NCBI GenBank assembly: GCA_902515775.1
Contig: CABXVU010000002.1
Location: forward strand, 72,436-136,435
Direction: 5' to 3'
DNA from: an uncultured SAR86 cluster bacterium
GTDB lineage: Bacteria; Pseudomonadota; Gammaproteobacteria; Magnimaribacterales; D2472
DNA length: 64,000 nt
The position numbers were made by a program, and so were the translations under genes. The stretch's first letter is position 1. The number at the start of each line of letters is the position of its first letter. The notes below the pieces were generated by a model. That model had not been told where the DNA came from and searched no databases. It was given only the letters and a program-made list of their open reading frames with translations. Below are positions 45,580 through 59,246 of the stretch, in pieces.

Positions 45580-46770
45580 ATGGCTAGAGAAAAATACGAA
45601 AGAACGCTTCCCCACGTAAATGTGGGAACCATTGGTCATGTTGATCACGGAAAAACTACACTTACAGCAGCACTTACAAAAGTATGTGCAGAGGTTTACG
45701 GTGGTGAAGCAGTTGCGTTTGACGGAATTGATAACGCTCCTGAAGAAAGAGAACGTGGAATAACTATTGCAACATCTCATGTTGAGTACGTATCAACTGA
45801 AAGACACTACGCGCATGTTGATTGTCCTGGTCATGCTGATTATGTTAAGAACATGATTACAGGCGCCGCTCAAATGGATGGAGCAATCCTTGTTGTTAGT
45901 GCTGCTGACGGCCCAATGCCTCAAACGAGAGAACACATTTTGTTAGCACGTCAGGTTGGAGTCCCAAAAATTGTAGTTTTCCTAAATAAAGCTGATCAAG
46001 TAGATGATGCTGAATTGCAAGAACTAGTAGAAATGGAAATCAGAGAACTCCTCGACGAGTATGACTTTCCTGGAGATGACACACCAATTATAACAGGTAG
46101 CGCATTGAAAGCTTTAGAGGGCGACACATCCGAAATCGGTGTGGATGCAGTAACTAAACTTGTTGAAGCTCTTGACTCGTTTGTCCCAATCCCTGAAAGG
46201 GATGAGGATAAGCCATTCTTAATGCCAGTTGAAGATGTGTTTACAATCTCTGGAAGAGGAACTGTTGTTACTGGAAGAATTGAAAGTGGAATTGTAAAAA
46301 CCGGTGATCCATTAGAAATTGTTGGTATCTCTGATACTACAACTACGACTTGTACTGGTGTTGAAATGTTCAGAAAATCCCTTGATGAAGGAAGAGCTGG
46401 TGAAAATTGTGGAGTACTTTTAAGAGGTATTGAGAGAGATGCTGTTGAGAGAGGACAAGTATTGAGTGCTCCAGGGTCAATAAATCCCCATACAGAATTT
46501 GAAGCCGAGATATATGTTTTAAGCAAAGAAGAAGGCGGAAGACACACACCTTTTTTTAGTAATTATAGACCACAATTTTATTTTAGAACTACCGATGTAA
46601 CTGGTGCCTGTGTATTACCGGATGGCGTTGAGATGGTTATGCCTGGAGATAACATAAAAATGACAGTTACTCTCATTGCCCCAATCGCTATGGATGAGGG
46701 TTTGAAGTTTGCAATTCGAGAGGGCGGAAGAACCGTTGGAGCTGGCGTAGTCTCAAAGATTATTAAGTAA
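45580..46770 (+). CDS. tuf: Elongation factor Tu
   Basis: [25 protein letters not shown]. Confidence 0.99.
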   Translation: MAREKYERTLPHVNVGTIGHVDHGKTTLTAALTKVCAEVYGGEAVAFDGIDNAPEERERGITIATSHVEYVSTERHYAHVDCPGHADYVKNMITGAAQMDGAILVVSAADGPMPQTREHILLARQVGVPKIVVFLNKADQVDDAELQELVEMEIRELLDEYDFPGDDTPIITGSALKALEGDTSEIGVDAVTKLVEALDSFVPIPERDEDKPFLMPVEDVFTISGRGTVVTGRIESGIVKTGDPLEIVGISDTTTTTCTGVEMFRKSLDEGRAGENCGVLLRGIERDAVERGQVLSAPGSINPHTEFEAEIYVLSKEEGGRHTPFFSNYRPQFYFRTTDVTGACVLPDGVEMVMPGDNIKMTVTLIAPIAMDEGLKFAIREGGRTVGAGVVSKIIK

Positions 46771-46788
46771 TTTAAAACTTTACAATTT

Positions 46789-46813
46789 TGCCGAGATTAA
46801 CGCTCGGCATTTT
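46789..46813 (+). terminator. Hairpin / possible terminator after tuf
   Basis: TGCCGAG-ATTAACG-CTCGGCA-TTTT. Confidence 0.6.
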
Positions 46814-46835
46814 GTCTTTTAAAAGGAGAAAATTT

Positions 46836-46911
46836 AGGCCAGTAGCTCAACTGGTAGAGCGACGGTCTCCAAAACCGTAGGTTGGGGGTTCAAGTCCCTC
46901 CTGGCCTGCCA
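46836..46911 (+). tRNA. tRNA-Trp(CCA)
   Basis: AGGCCAGTAGCTCAACTGGTAGAGC...CTCCAAA...GTTCAAGTCC...GCCA; usual position before secE. Confidence 0.96.
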
Positions 46912-46934
46912 AGGAGCTGGTTTAAGAAAAGAAT

Positions 46935-47297
46935 ATGACAAAGGGTAAAGCATCAAATATTGGCGATAAGATTAAATGGCTTTTGTCCATTATCATCTTC
47001 TCAGCCGCTATTGTTGGGAATGGTTATTACACAGAAGTTGCTTTTCTCTACAGAGTACTTGCTGTTGTAGCTCTTTTTATTGTTGCAACCATTATTCTTG
47101 CAACTACGGTATTCGGAAAAGGTGCTGTTTCTTTGATGAGAGAGTCAAGAACAGAAATGAGGAGAGTTGTATGGCCTACAAGGATGGAAACAACTCAAAC
47201 TTTTATGGTGGTTTTTGGTTCAATAGTTGTCCTTTGTTTATTTTTCTGGGCGCTAGAATCTCTTTTAAGCTGGCTAACAAAATTAATTTTAGGATAG
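46935..47297 (+). CDS. secE: Preprotein translocase SecE (3-TM type)
   Basis: EMRRVVWPTR; position before nusG. Confidence 0.95.
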   Translation: MTKGKASNIGDKIKWLLSIIIFSAAIVGNGYYTEVAFLYRVLAVVALFIVATIILATTVFGKGAVSLMRESRTEMRRVVWPTRMETTQTFMVVFGSIVVLCLFFWALESLLSWLTKLILG

Positions 47298-47304
47298 TGA
47301 TAAA

Positions 47305-47832
47305 GTGAATTGGTACGTAATAATGGCATATTCTGGATACGAGCTTAAGGTTAAAGCCGCCCTAGAAGAGCGAATTGAGCTAGCAGGTTTAAAAGATCAG
47401 TTCGGTGAAATTTTAGTCCCAACTGAATCAGTTGTAGAGTTAAAAAGTGGTGCTAAGAAAAAAACAGAACGTAAATTTTTCCCAGGGTACATTTTAATTG
47501 AGATGGAAATGAATGACGATACTTGGCAATTAGTAAAGCATACTCCAAGAGTTAGTACTTTTGTTGGTGGTAAAAAAGATAAGCCTTCTCCTATTTCTAA
47601 AGGCGATGTCGATAATATTATTAATAGAATTGAGGTCGGTGAAGAGGCTCCAAGACCTAAAACACTCTTTGAGCCTGGAGAAGTCATTAGAGTCTGTGAT
47701 GGACCATTTAATGATTTTAATGGAATCGTTGAAGAAGTCGACTATGAAAGGAGTAGTGTAAAAGTCTCTGTACAAATTCTTGGAAGATCTACGCCTGTTC
47801 AACTAGATTTCATACAAATAGAGAAAACATAA
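47305..47832 (+). CDS. nusG: Transcription factor NusG
   Basis: WYV...SGYE, FFPGY, KOW motif DGPFNDFNG. Confidence 0.97.
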   Translation: MNWYVIMAYSGYELKVKAALEERIELAGLKDQFGEILVPTESVVELKSGAKKKTERKFFPGYILIEMEMNDDTWQLVKHTPRVSTFVGGKKDKPSPISKGDVDNIINRIEVGEEAPRPKTLFEPGEVIRVCDGPFNDFNGIVEEVDYERSSVKVSVQILGRSTPVQLDFIQIEKT

Positions 47833-48257
47833 TGGCAAAAAAAGTTGCAACAATTTTAAAACTTCAGATACCTGCAGGTGCGGCAAACCCAAGTCCTCCT
47901 GTCGGGCCAGCTCTTGGTCAAGCAGCAGTAAATATCATGGATTTTTGTAATGCATTTAATGCTGAAACACAAAATATGGAAAAAGGTCTTCCACTTCCAG
48001 TTATTATAACTGTCTATGAGGATAAATCATTTACATTTCAAGTTAAGTCAGCACCAGCGTCAGTGCTTATCAAAAAAGCTGCTGGAATTAATAAAGGAAG
48101 TGGTGAGCCAAATAGAGAAAAAGTTGGTTCTATTACTAGGGCCCAACTGGAAGACATTGTTACTGCAAAACAAAAAGATTTAAATGCAAATGATATGGAC
48201 CAGGCTGTTAAAATTATTGCAGGAACAGCAAGAAGCATGGGGGTAGATGTTAAATAA
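47832..48257 (+). CDS. rplK: 50S ribosomal protein L11
   Basis: [22 protein letters not shown]. Confidence 0.98.
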   Translation: MAKKVATILKLQIPAGAANPSPPVGPALGQAAVNIMDFCNAFNAETQNMEKGLPLPVIITVYEDKSFTFQVKSAPASVLIKKAAGINKGSGEPNREKVGSITRAQLEDIVTAKQKDLNANDMDQAVKIIAGTARSMGVDVK

Positions 48258-48952
48258 TGTCTAAGCTCACAAAAAAGAAAAAACAATTATTAGAACTTGT
48301 TGATCCTGAAAGTACATATTCTCTAGAGGAGGCAATGAATATATTTCAATCAGTTAAATCCAACAAGTTTGATGAATCCGTAGATATAGCACTTAGATTA
48401 GGTATTGATCCAGGAAAATCTGATCAGAATGTTAGAGGTGCAATCACGCTTCCACATTCTTTGGGTAAAACAGTCACTGTTGCAGTATTTGCTGACGGAG
48501 ATCAAGCAAAGGATGCTAATGACGCAGGCGCAGACTTTGTTGGTATGGAAGATTTAGCAGAGAAATTTAAAAAAGAAGAAATTGATGTCGATGTGGTAAT
48601 TTCCTCACAAGCGGCCATGAAAATAGTTGGTCAATTGGGTCAGGTTCTTGGTCCAAAAGGCCTTATGCCTAATCCAAAAACAGGAACCGTTACTGAAAGA
48701 GTTGGTGAAGCAATTAATAATGCTAAATCAGGTCAAGTACGTTTCAGAACAGATAAAAATGGAATACTACATGGATGTATAGGTAAAGTTTCATTCTCAT
48801 ATACCCAAATCCAAGAAAATGCAGCAGCTATGCTCGAAGAAGTAAAGAAGTTGAAGCCAGCTACTGCTAAAGGTGCATATATACGAAGTGTTGCTTTAAG
48901 TAGTACTATGGGACCAGGAGTAAAAGTTGCTCCTGCATCATTAATTATATAA
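48257..48952 (+). CDS. rplA: 50S ribosomal protein L1
   Basis: [28 protein letters not shown]. Confidence 0.98.
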   Translation: MSKLTKKKKQLLELVDPESTYSLEEAMNIFQSVKSNKFDESVDIALRLGIDPGKSDQNVRGAITLPHSLGKTVTVAVFADGDQAKDANDAGADFVGMEDLAEKFKKEEIDVDVVISSQAAMKIVGQLGQVLGPKGLMPNPKTGTVTERVGEAINNAKSGQVRFRTDKNGILHGCIGKVSFSYTQIQENAAAMLEEVKKLKPATAKGAYIRSVALSSTMGPGVKVAPASLII

Positions 48953-48995
48953 GTTTTAGGGTCTTTTTTGATCCTAGATTGTTGCGTTAAACGCA

Positions 48996-49100
48996 GCCGT
49001 CAAAGACCGTAGGTGCGAAAGCTTAATTTCCTACGTAGGTGGTGTTCAAATTGCGTAGGCGGTTTGTCACCGATTAGCCGAAAGGCATTAATAGGAGAAT
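48996..49100 (+). promoter_or_regulatory. L10 leader (rplJL autoregulatory RNA)
   Basis: CCGTCAAAGACCGTAGG...TTAA...CCTACGTAGGTGG core upstream of rplJ; bounds approximate. Confidence 0.75.
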
Positions 49101-49104
49101 TGCT

Positions 49105-49635
49105 GTGGCGTTAGCTAGAGAAGACAAAGAGAGAATAGTTCAAGAAGTTAAGGAAGTTTCAGCTTCTGCTTCTTCACTTGTGATTTCTGATGCCAGAGGC
49201 CTTAAGGTCTCTGAGTTAACTGAAATCAGAAGACAAGGAACCGAATCTGGAGTTCATATTCAGGTTATAAAAAATTCTCTTGCAAAATTGGCATTTGAAG
49301 GCACTGACTTTGGTTGTACTGATGAAGTGTTAACAGGTCCCTCACTTTTTGCTTTCTCATATGCTGAGCCTGGTGCAGCAGCGAAGATGTTAAAAACTTA
49401 TGCTAAAAACTTTGAAGCACTTGAGATCAAAGCTTTAGTTGTAGAAGGGCAACTTCTTGATGGATCACAAATTGATGTTCTTGCATCTTTACCATCACGA
49501 GAAGAGGCACTAACTTTAATCGCTGCGATACTTCAAGCGCCTATTGGTAAACTTGCAACACTTCTAAATGAGGTGCCAAGCAAGTTAGCTAGGGTTCTTG
49601 CTGCTGTTCGAGACAACAAACAGGCTAACGCCTAA
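49105..49635 (+). CDS. rplJ: 50S ribosomal protein L10
   Basis: RGLKV-ELT--R, IKNSL, LASLPSREE; GTG start with SD AGGAG. Confidence 0.96.
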   Translation: MALAREDKERIVQEVKEVSASASSLVISDARGLKVSELTEIRRQGTESGVHIQVIKNSLAKLAFEGTDFGCTDEVLTGPSLFAFSYAEPGAAAKMLKTYAKNFEALEIKALVVEGQLLDGSQIDVLASLPSREEALTLIAAILQAPIGKLATLLNEVPSKLARVLAAVRDNKQANA

Positions 49636-49650
49636 ATCTAGGAGAAAAAA

Positions 49651-50031
49651 ATGGCAATATCAAAAGATGATATTTTAAGTGCGATAGAAGAAATGTCCGT
49701 TATGGACTTAGTTGAACTAATTTCAGCAATTGAGGATAAATTTGGTGTTACAGCAGCTGCCGCTGTAGCTGCTGCTCCTGCTGCTGCTGCTGGTGATGTT
49801 GGTGAGGCTGCTGAAGAGAAGGATGATTTTGATGTAGTTTTAACTGCAGCAGGCGATCAAAAAGTCCAGGTAATTAAAGCTGTTCGTGCAATTACTGGAC
49901 TAGGATTGAAGGAGGCTAAGGATTTAGTAGATGGAGCTCCTAATACTTTAAAAGAAGCTGTAAAGAAAGCTGATGCTGAAGAAATGCTTAAGCAATTGAC
50001 TGAAGCTGGAGCAACAGCAGAGCTTAAATAA
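49651..50031 (+). CDS. rplL: 50S ribosomal protein L7/L12
   Basis: Ala-rich hinge, [23 protein letters not shown]. Confidence 0.98.
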   Translation: MAISKDDILSAIEEMSVMDLVELISAIEDKFGVTAAAAVAAAPAAAAGDVGEAAEEKDDFDVVLTAAGDQKVQVIKAVRAITGLGLKEAKDLVDGAPNTLKEAVKKADAEEMLKQLTEAGATAELK

Positions 50032-50064
50032 TCTTTCAATATAAACATTTTTAAAGGGCGACAT

Positions 50065-53000
50065 ATGTCATATAGCTATACAGAGAAAAGAAGAATAAGA
50101 AAAAACTTCGGAAGACTTCCAAAAGTCATGGAACTTCCTAAATTAATTGAAACCCAGCTTGAATCTTACTCTCAATTTCTTCAACAACATGTTGAAGCAG
50201 GAGCAAGAGAAAATAAGGGCCTTGAAGAAGTTTTTCGAACTCTTTTTCCTATTACAAGCGTTTCTGGCAATGCCGCCCTTGAATATGTTTCTTATGAATT
50301 AGGAAAACCAGTTTATTCAGTTCAAGAGTGCTTGATCCAAGGATTAAGTTATTCCGCTCCACTTCGTATAGTAGTTAGGTTGGTGATTTATGATCGAGAC
50401 ACGAATTTTCAAGAAGTTAAAGACGTAAAAGAAGGCGAAGTTTTTATGGGTGAGGTCCCATTGATGACAGAAAATGGCTCCTTTGTTATAAATGGTACCG
50501 AAAGAGTTGTAGTCAATCAACTCCACAGATCTCCTGGCGTTTTTTTTGATCATGACAAAGGAAAGACTCATTCATCTGGTAAAGTGCTTTATTCAGCACG
50601 AATAATTCCTTATAGAGGCTCATGGTTAGACTTTGAATTTGATCCAAAAGATAATTTATATTGCCGAATAGATAGAAGAAGAAAGATCCCAGCGACCATT
50701 ATTTTAAAAGCTATGGATATGGGTACGGAAGATATCCTGCAAAATTTTTATGAAGTTGACTCTGTTCAGATTGAAAAAGCTGGAGTCAGCATAGAATTAA
50801 CTCCATCTAGGTTAAGAGGTCAAACCTTACCAGTTGATTTAAAGGTTAAATCAAAAATAGTTGTGGAAGCCAATAAGAGAATTACTGCAAGACATGTGCG
50901 TGAACTTGAGCAAGCTAAAATTACTTTACTCAAAGTTGCAGATGAGATTTTAATCGGCAAAGTTATTGCTAAAGATATATTTAATTCTGAGACAGGAGAA
51001 GTTTTAGTTTCCTCAAATACAGAAATTGATCAAGCAGTTATTGAATCTCTCAGAGAATCAAATATTTCTGAAATTCATACGTTATATATCAATGAGCTTG
51101 ATAAAGGACCATATATATCTACCACTCTCAGAGCTGATCCAACCTCAAATAGATTAGAGGCATTAGTTGAGATATATAGAATGATGAGACCAGGTGAGCC
51201 ACCAACTAAGGATTCAGCAGAGCAGTTATTTCAGAATCTATTCTTTAATAATGAGCGTTATGATCTTTCTGAAGTGGGCAGAATGAAATTTAATCGAAGA
51301 TTAAAAATCGATGACTCAAAAGAATCTCCTGGTATTTTAGACCTCAATGATATCTTAGCTGTCATGAAAGGAATTGTGTCTATAAGAGATGGGCATGATA
51401 CCGTTGATGATATTGATCACTTAGGCAATAGACGGGTTAGATCTGTTGGAGAAATGACTGCTAATCAATTTAGGGTTGGATTAATTAGGGTTGAAAGAGC
51501 TGTAAGAGAAAGACTAAGTATGGCCGAAGCTGATGAGCTTGGCCCTCAGGATCTAATTAACGCAAAACCTGTAACAGCAGCAATTAAAGAATTTTTTGGG
51601 TCTAGTCAGCTATCTCAGTTCATGGATCAAAATAATCCTTTATCTGAAATTACGCATAAGCGAAGAGTTTCAGCGCTTGGACCAGGAGGATTAACAAGGG
51701 AGCGAGCAGGTTTTGAAGTGAGGGACGTTCATCCAACTCATTACGGAAGGTTATGCCCAATTGAGACTCCGGAAGGACCAAATATCGGATTGATCAACTC
51801 GTTTGCGTGCTATTCAAAAACTAATAGTTTTGGGTTTATTGAAAGCCCATATAGAAAAGTAATCAAAGGCAAGGTTACTAACGAAATCATTTTTCTTTCA
51901 GCAATTGATGAGGGAGAGCACATTATTGCTCAGGCAAATGCCGCATTAGATAAATCAGGAAAGTTTGCTGATGATCTTGTTCCAGTTCGACATAATGGAG
52001 ACTCAGCATTGATGAGTCCTGAGAGGATTGATTTAATGGATGTCGCCCCACAGCAAGTTGTTTCTGTTGCTGCGTCTTTGATACCTTTTTTAGAACATGA
52101 TGATGCCAACAGAGCTCTGATGGGCTCAAATATGATGCGTCAAGCTGTTCCAGTCCTAAAACCTGAGAAGCCTCTGGTGGGAACTGGTTTTGAAACTATT
52201 GTTGCTGGCGATTCAGGTGTTTGTGTTGTTGCAAAAAATAACGGCGTTGTTGAGAATGTTGATGCTGCAAGAATAGTTGTACGAGTTACTGATGCAAAAA
52301 ATTCAAACAATGCTGTAGACATTTATAACCTTACAAAATTCACCAGATCTAATCAAAATACCTGTATTAATCAAAGACCTCTTGTATCTGTTGGAGATAA
52401 AGTAAAATTTGGTGACATCCTAGCTGACGGGCCTTCTGTTGATAATGGCGAGTTAGCATTGGGTCAGAATATTCGAATAGCTTTTATGCCATGGAATGGT
52501 TATAACTTCGAAGATTCAATTTTAATGTCTGAAAAAGTCTCTAGAGATGACAGATTCACCTCTATTCATATTCAAGAATTAACATGTATTTCCAGGGATA
52601 CAAAATTAGGTTCAGAGGAAATCACCGCTGATATACCAAATGTAGGTGAGGGATCTCTTGGAAAACTTGATGAATGTGGCATGGTTTATGTCGGTGCAGA
52701 GGTTAAGGCCGGAGATATATTAGTTGGTAAAATTACTCCAAAGGGTGAAACTCAATTATCTCCAGAAGAAAAATTATTACGTGCAATTTTTGGTGAAAAA
52801 GCTTCTGACGTAAAAGATACTTCCTTGAGAGTACCTTCAAGCATCAATGGTACTGTCATAGGTGTTGAAGTGTTTACTCGGGATGGCATGGAGAAAGACG
52901 AGAGAACTTTGTCAATTGAAGCTGATCATTTATCTGTTGCCAAAAAAGATTCTGATGATCAGATTAAAATAATTAATGATGCAACAAGAATCCGCCTTGT

Positions 53001-54135
53001 AGACCTTATAAAAGGCTCAAAGATTTCTAAGGCTACAGGTCTTAAAAGAGGTTCAATTGTTTCAGCTGAAGATTTGTCAGAGTTGAGTCTTGATGATCTT
53101 TTATCATTAAGAACTTCTGACGATCTCACAAACAACAAAATTGAAGGCGCCGAAAATTCTTTAAAACAATATTTAAAAGATATTCAAGAAAGCTTTGATG
53201 AGAAAAAACAAAAGATCACCAGAGGCCACGACTTAGCCCCAGGAGTTATAAAAATTGTTAAAGTTTACTTAGCTGTTAAAAGGAGGATCCAACCAGGAGA
53301 CAAAATGGCTGGAAGACACGGTAATAAAGGAGTTATATCCGAGATTATGCCAATTGAAGATATGCCGTACGATGTTGATGGCAATTCGGTCGATATAGTT
53401 TTGAACCCTTTAGGAGTTCCTTCACGAATGAATGTTGGCCAAATACTTGAGACTCATATGGGCTCAGCTGCAAAAGGCATAGGTGAAAAAATTAATAAAA
53501 TGCTCAAAGAAAAAGCCAAGTCTGATGAGCTTAAAAAATATCTAGATGTTTTGTATAACAAAAACGCAACAATTAAAGAAGACCTCAATTCATTGAATAA
53601 TTCTGAAATACAAACTTTAGCAAATAATCTGACCGACGGCTTACCAATTGCAACTCCTGTATTTGATGGGGCTAAAGAATTTGAGATTAAAGATTTGCTA
53701 AAACTAGCTGGTCTTCCAGAGTCTGGTCAATTAACTCTTTTTGATGGAAGAACTGGTAGACAGTTTGAGCGACCTGTAACAGTTGGATATATGTATATGA
53801 TCAAATTAAATCACTTAGTAGATGATAAAATGCATGCTCGTTCAACAGGCTCGTATAGTCTTGTCACTCAGCAGCCTCTTGGTGGAAAAGCTCAATTTGG
53901 TGGTCAAAGATTTGGAGAGATGGAAGTATGGGCATTGGAAGCTTATGGTGCCTCCTATACCCTTCAAGAGATGCTAACGGTTAAATCAGATGATGTACCA
54001 GGGAGAACCAAAATGTATAAAAACATTGTTGATGGAAACTATGAAATGGATGCGAACATACCCGAGTCATTTAATGTTCTTACAAAAGAAATTCGGTCAC
54101 TTGGAATAAACTTAGAACTTGATTCTGAAAACTAG
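50065..54135 (+). CDS. rpoB: RNA polymerase beta subunit
   Basis: [41 protein letters not shown]. Confidence 0.99.
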   Translation: MSYSYTEKRRIRKNFGRLPKVMELPKLIETQLESYSQFLQQHVEAGARENKGLEEVFRTLFPITSVSGNAALEYVSYELGKPVYSVQECLIQGLSYSAPLRIVVRLVIYDRDTNFQEVKDVKEGEVFMGEVPLMTENGSFVINGTERVVVNQLHRSPGVFFDHDKGKTHSSGKVLYSARIIPYRGSWLDFEFDPKDNLYCRIDRRRKIPATIILKAMDMGTEDILQNFYEVDSVQIEKAGVSIELTPSRLRGQTLPVDLKVKSKIVVEANKRITARHVRELEQAKITLLKVADEILIGKVIAKDIFNSETGEVLVSSNTEIDQAVIESLRESNISEIHTLYINELDKGPYISTTLRADPTSNRLEALVEIYRMMRPGEPPTKDSAEQLFQNLFFNNERYDLSEVGRMKFNRRLKIDDSKESPGILDLNDILAVMKGIVSIRDGHDTVDDIDHLGNRRVRSVGEMTANQFRVGLIRVERAVRERLSMAEADELGPQDLINAKPVTAAIKEFFGSSQLSQFMDQNNPLSEITHKRRVSALGPGGLTRERAGFEVRDVHPTHYGRLCPIETPEGPNIGLINSFACYSKTNSFGFIESPYRKVIKGKVTNEIIFLSAIDEGEHIIAQANAALDKSGKFADDLVPVRHNGDSALMSPERIDLMDVAPQQVVSVAASLIPFLEHDDANRALMGSNMMRQAVPVLKPEKPLVGTGFETIVAGDSGVCVVAKNNGVVENVDAARIVVRVTDAKNSNNAVDIYNLTKFTRSNQNTCINQRPLVSVGDKVKFGDILADGPSVDNGELALGQNIRIAFMPWNGYNFEDSILMSEKVSRDDRFTSIHIQELTCISRDTKLGSEEITADIPNVGEGSLGKLDECGMVYVGAEVKAGDILVGKITPKGETQLSPEEKLLRAIFGEKASDVKDTSLRVPSSINGTVIGVEVFTRDGMEKDERTLSIEADHLSVAKKDSDDQIKIINDATRIRLVDLIKGSKISKATGLKRGSIVSAEDLSELSLDDLLSLRTSDDLTNNKIEGAENSLKQYLKDIQESFDEKKQKITRGHDLAPGVIKIVKVYLAVKRRIQPGDKMAGRHGNKGVISEIMPIEDMPYDVDGNSVDIVLNPLGVPSRMNVGQILETHMGSAAKGIGEKINKMLKEKAKSDELKKYLDVLYNKNATIKEDLNSLNNSEIQTLANNLTDGLPIATPVFDGAKEFEIKDLLKLAGLPESGQLTLFDGRTGRQFERPVTVGYMYMIKLNHLVDDKMHARSTGSYSLVTQQPLGGKAQFGGQRFGEMEVWALEAYGASYTLQEMLTVKSDDVPGRTKMYKNIVDGNYEMDANIPESFNVLTKEIRSLGINLELDSEN

Positions 54136-54144
54136 GAGAAATAA

Positions 54145-57100
54145 TTGAAAGATTTACTAAACTCGTTAAAGACTAAGCAAGAAGACTTTTCCTCAATTAC
54201 TGCAGGGTTAGCTTCACCTCAGATGGTAAGATCATGGTCATTTGGTGAAGTTAAGAAGCCAGAAACTATTAACTACCGAACTTTTAAACCAGAAAGAGAT
54301 GGACTTTTTTGCGCTAAAATTTTTGGCCCTGTTAAAGATTATGAATGTATTTGTGGTAAATACAAGCGTATGAAGCATCGTGGCGTTGTCTGTGAGAAGT
54401 GTGGAGTTGAAGTTACTTTGGCTAAAGTAAGAAGAGAAAGAATGGGGCACATAGAGCTTGCAGCTCCTGTTGCCCACATATGGTTTTTAAAATCATTGCC
54501 TTCAAGAATTGGACTATTGCTTGATATTACACTCAGAGAGATTGAAAGAGTTTTATATTTTGAAAGTTACATTGTAACCGATCCAGGTTTAACCGACCTA
54601 GAAAAATGTCAAATTTTAACCGAAGAAGAATTTATTGAAGCATTTGATGAATATGGTGATGAATTTACAGCCTCTATGGGTGCAGAAGCAGTGCAAATGT
54701 TATTGCAGGAACTTGATCTAGAGGAAGAGATTAGGATCATACGAGAGGAAGTTCCGCAAACTAATTCAGAAACTAAGCTTAAAAAATTATCAAAAAGGTT
54801 AAAACTTCTCGAAGCATTTAACGAGTCTGGAAATAAGCCAGAATGGATGATCATGAATGTGCTACCAGTATTACCTCCTGATCTGAGGCCTTTAGTTCCT
54901 TTGGAAGGAGGCAGATTTGCTACTTCAGATCTTAATGATCTTTATAGAAGGGTTATCAATAGAAATAATAGATTAAAGCGACTACTAGAGTTAAGCGCGC
55001 CAGATATTATCGTCAGAAACGAAAAGAGAATGCTTCAAGAAAGCGTTGATGCTCTTCTCGATAATGGAAGGAGAGGAAGAGTAATTACCGGAACTAATAA
55101 ACGACCACTCAAATCGCTAGCAGATATGATTAAAGGCAAGGGGGGAAGATTTAGGCAAAATTTGTTAGGAAAGCGAGTTGATTATTCTGGTAGGTCTGTA
55201 ATTGTCGCGGGTCCTAATTTGAAATTACATCAATGTGGCCTCCCTAAAAAAATGGCTCTTGAGTTATTTAAACCATACGTATATGGGAAACTTGAACAAA
55301 ATGAACATGCAACAACTATCAAAGCTGCTAAAAAGCTCGTAGAAAGAGAGACTCCCGAGGTTTGGGAGATTTTAGAAGATGTAATCAGAGAGCACCCAAT
55401 TTTATTAAATAGAGCTCCTACATTGCATAGACTTGGTATCCAGGCATTTGAACCTCTACTTGTTGAAGGAAAAGCAATACAATTACATCCTCTAGTTTGT
55501 GTTGCATTTAATGCAGACTTTGATGGGGATCAAATGGCCGTTCACGTTCCCCTATCCATTGAGGCTCAACTTGAAGCTCGGGCTCTTATGATGTCAACAA
55601 ACAATATTTTATCTCCAGCTAATGGAGAACCGATTATCAATCCTACGCAGGATATAGTTCTGGGGCTTTACTATATGACAAGGGATAAAGTAAATGTTGA
55701 GGGTGACGGAAGAGTCTTTAGTAATCCTGATGAGGTTTTAAGAGCATATGAATCTGAAACTATAGATATACATGCAAACATTAAAGTTAGGATTACAAAT
55801 GCCGATAAAGGCACCTTCTTAGAAGATACAACTGTCGGAAGAGTATTGGTTTGGAGAATTACGCCTATTGAAGTTGGTTTTGATAATGTAAATAAAACAT
55901 TAGATAAGAAATCTGTTTCTAATTTAATTGATATTTCCTATAGAAAAGCCGGTCTAAAAGATACTGTAATCTTTGCTGATCAATTAATGTATCTTGGATT
56001 TGAGCATTCAACTCGATCTGGATCCTCAATCGGTGTGGATGATTTTGTAATTCCTGAGGAAAAACCTTCTATTATCGATGCAGCTGAGAAAGAAGTTAAA
56101 TCTATTGAATCTCAATACGAATCTGGTCTTGTAACTCAAGGTGAGCGATATAACAAAGTAATCGATATCTGGTCTCGTGCTAATGAGAAAGTTGCAAAGG
56201 CTATGATGGCAAAAATTAGCACTGATCAAGTCTCAGACACTGAGGGTAAAGAGGTAGATCAGGCATCATTCAACTCTGTGTATATATATGCTGACTCTGG
56301 TGCTAGGGGCTCTCCAGCACAGATTAGGCAGCTTTCTGGGATGAGAGGTCTGATGTCTAAGCCTGATGGATCAATTATTGAAACTCCTATCACTGCAAAC
56401 TTTAGAGAAGGATTATCTGTTCTTCAGTACTTCATTTCCACTCATGGTGCACGTAAGGGACTTGCCGATACGGCTCTTAAAACTGCTAATTCAGGATATT
56501 TAACTCGAAGACTTTGCGATGTTGCTATGGATTCAGTTGTTGTTATGGACGATTGTGGTACTGATCAATCAATAGTGGTTTCATCGATTGTTGAGGGAGG
56601 AGACATTATTCAACCTCTTACTGAAAGAATACTGGGTAGGGTCATTGCCGAACCAATTTTTAATTCAGATGGAGAAGAAGTTTATCCAGTTGGTCATCTT
56701 ATTGATGAGGATTCAGTCAAAAAAATTGATGAGCTTAACATATCATCTTTAAAGGTTAGATCACCAATGACATGTGAGGCAAGTTATGGTGTTTGTTCTA
56801 AATGTTACGGTAGAGATCTAGCCAGAGGTCATTTAGTTCACAGAGGAGAGGCAGTTGGAGTTGTAGCGGCGCAATCAATTGGTGAACCAGGAACTCAATT
56901 AACTATGCGTACCTTCCATATTGGTGGAGCTGCATCTAGTTCATCTGAGGATAATGCGATTGTTGTTAACAACTCTGGAATGATTAATTTTTCTTCAGAT
57001 ATTAAAACAGTTACCAATAAAGATAAGCAAGAAGTTGTTGTCTCTAGAAATAGTCAAGTTACCTTGATTGATGAAAAAGGAAAATTAATAGAACAACATA

Positions 57101-58326
57101 AATTAATTTATGGAGCTACATTATTTGTTAAAAATCAAACTAATGTTGAGCCAGGTCTTAAAATTGCTGGCTGGGATCCATATACTCGTCCAATTATTAG
57201 TGAGGTAGAAGGAATAGTCCAATTTACTGACATTGAGGATGGTGTAACAGTTCGCTCAAAAACAGATGAGCTGACCGGGCTTAGCAGTATTGAAGTTATT
57301 GATGTTGCTGAAAGACCTTCCGCAGGCAAAGATAAGGTTCCATCTATCGCATTAGTTAATTCAAAAGGAAAACCAGTTCCATTAGGTGAGCACAAAACAC
57401 CTGCAAACTATACTCTGCCCGCAAAGGCATTAGTTAATTTAAAAGATGGTAAAAAGCTACATGCTGGGGAAGTTTTAGCAAGAATACCATTAGAAGGTTC
57501 AAAGACTAAAGATATTACCGGCGGTCTTCCAAGGGTTGCAGACCTTTTTGAGGCCAGGAAGCCAAAAGATGCAGCTGTACTTGCTGAGGAAAGTGGAATA
57601 ATAGCATTCGGTAAAGAAACTAAAGGAAAGGTAAGACTTGTGATAACGCCTGATGGTGCTACCAAAAAAACTCAAAATGTAGAGATGCTTATTCCTAAAC
57701 ACAGAATTCTCACAGTGTTTGAGGGTGAGAGAATTGAAAAAGGTGACATTATTTCTGATGGCCCATTGAGTCCTCACGATATATTGCGCTTAAGAGGTAT
57801 ACCCCAGTTAACTAACTTTATAGTTAATGAGATTCAAGATGTTTACAGGCTTCAAGGTGTTCTTATCAATGACAAGCATATTGAAACCATTTTGCGTCAA
57901 ATGCTTAGAAAAGCATTAATTATTGACGGTGAAGACACTAAGTTCATTCAAGGCGATCAAGTGGAATATGCTGAGCTAGTTGAAGAAAATGCCAAAGCCG
58001 TTGCTGCAAATAAACTGCCTGCGCTTTTTGAGAGAGTTCTTCTTGGTATTACAAAAGCTTCACTCACAACCAATTCATTTATTTCGGCTGCTTCTTTTCA
58101 GGAAACCACACGTGTTCTTACTGAAGCTTCTGTCACAGGCAAGGTAGATTTTCTGAGAGGCTTGAAAGAGAATGTTGTTGTCGGAAGATTGATTCCTGCA
58201 GGAACTGGAATGGAGTTCCATGATCAAATGGCTGCTAAAAAAGCAAGTGATTCAACTGAATCAATGCTTTCTGAGGATGACATAGAAGCAGCATTACGAC
58301 AAGAATTGCAAGAAACTGAGGAATAA
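54145..58326 (+). CDS. rpoC: RNA polymerase beta' subunit
   Basis: NADFDGDQM and Zn-finger cysteines; TTG start after AGGAG. Confidence 0.99.
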   Translation: MKDLLNSLKTKQEDFSSITAGLASPQMVRSWSFGEVKKPETINYRTFKPERDGLFCAKIFGPVKDYECICGKYKRMKHRGVVCEKCGVEVTLAKVRRERMGHIELAAPVAHIWFLKSLPSRIGLLLDITLREIERVLYFESYIVTDPGLTDLEKCQILTEEEFIEAFDEYGDEFTASMGAEAVQMLLQELDLEEEIRIIREEVPQTNSETKLKKLSKRLKLLEAFNESGNKPEWMIMNVLPVLPPDLRPLVPLEGGRFATSDLNDLYRRVINRNNRLKRLLELSAPDIIVRNEKRMLQESVDALLDNGRRGRVITGTNKRPLKSLADMIKGKGGRFRQNLLGKRVDYSGRSVIVAGPNLKLHQCGLPKKMALELFKPYVYGKLEQNEHATTIKAAKKLVERETPEVWEILEDVIREHPILLNRAPTLHRLGIQAFEPLLVEGKAIQLHPLVCVAFNADFDGDQMAVHVPLSIEAQLEARALMMSTNNILSPANGEPIINPTQDIVLGLYYMTRDKVNVEGDGRVFSNPDEVLRAYESETIDIHANIKVRITNADKGTFLEDTTVGRVLVWRITPIEVGFDNVNKTLDKKSVSNLIDISYRKAGLKDTVIFADQLMYLGFEHSTRSGSSIGVDDFVIPEEKPSIIDAAEKEVKSIESQYESGLVTQGERYNKVIDIWSRANEKVAKAMMAKISTDQVSDTEGKEVDQASFNSVYIYADSGARGSPAQIRQLSGMRGLMSKPDGSIIETPITANFREGLSVLQYFISTHGARKGLADTALKTANSGYLTRRLCDVAMDSVVVMDDCGTDQSIVVSSIVEGGDIIQPLTERILGRVIAEPIFNSDGEEVYPVGHLIDEDSVKKIDELNISSLKVRSPMTCEASYGVCSKCYGRDLARGHLVHRGEAVGVVAAQSIGEPGTQLTMRTFHIGGAASSSSEDNAIVVNNSGMINFSSDIKTVTNKDKQEVVVSRNSQVTLIDEKGKLIEQHKLIYGATLFVKNQTNVEPGLKIAGWDPYTRPIISEVEGIVQFTDIEDGVTVRSKTDELTGLSSIEVIDVAERPSAGKDKVPSIALVNSKGKPVPLGEHKTPANYTLPAKALVNLKDGKKLHAGEVLARIPLEGSKTKDITGGLPRVADLFEARKPKDAAVLAEESGIIAFGKETKGKVRLVITPDGATKKTQNVEMLIPKHRILTVFEGERIEKGDIISDGPLSPHDILRLRGIPQLTNFIVNEIQDVYRLQGVLINDKHIETILRQMLRKALIIDGEDTKFIQGDQVEYAELVEENAKAVAANKLPALFERVLLGITKASLTTNSFISAASFQETTRVLTEASVTGKVDFLRGLKENVVVGRLIPAGTGMEFHDQMAAKKASDSTESMLSEDDIEAALRQELQETEE

Positions 58327-58328
58327 TG

Positions 58329-58357
58329 TTGACCGTAGTGAATCATGTCTATAAAAT
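58329..58357 (+). promoter_or_regulatory. str operon sigma70 promoter
   Basis: TTGACC-17 bp-TAAAAT followed by CGCG discriminator. Confidence 0.7.
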
Positions 58358-58376
58358 CGCGACCAAATAATAAATT

Positions 58377-59221
<845 letters not shown>

Positions 59222-59246
59222 TTTATAACATTTCATAGGTTTTAAT

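Noticed and set aside
51590-51700. Resistance-type substitutions in the rpoB rifampicin cluster (also rpsL and 23S A2058)
   Set aside because: The sequences read as the standard sensitive type.
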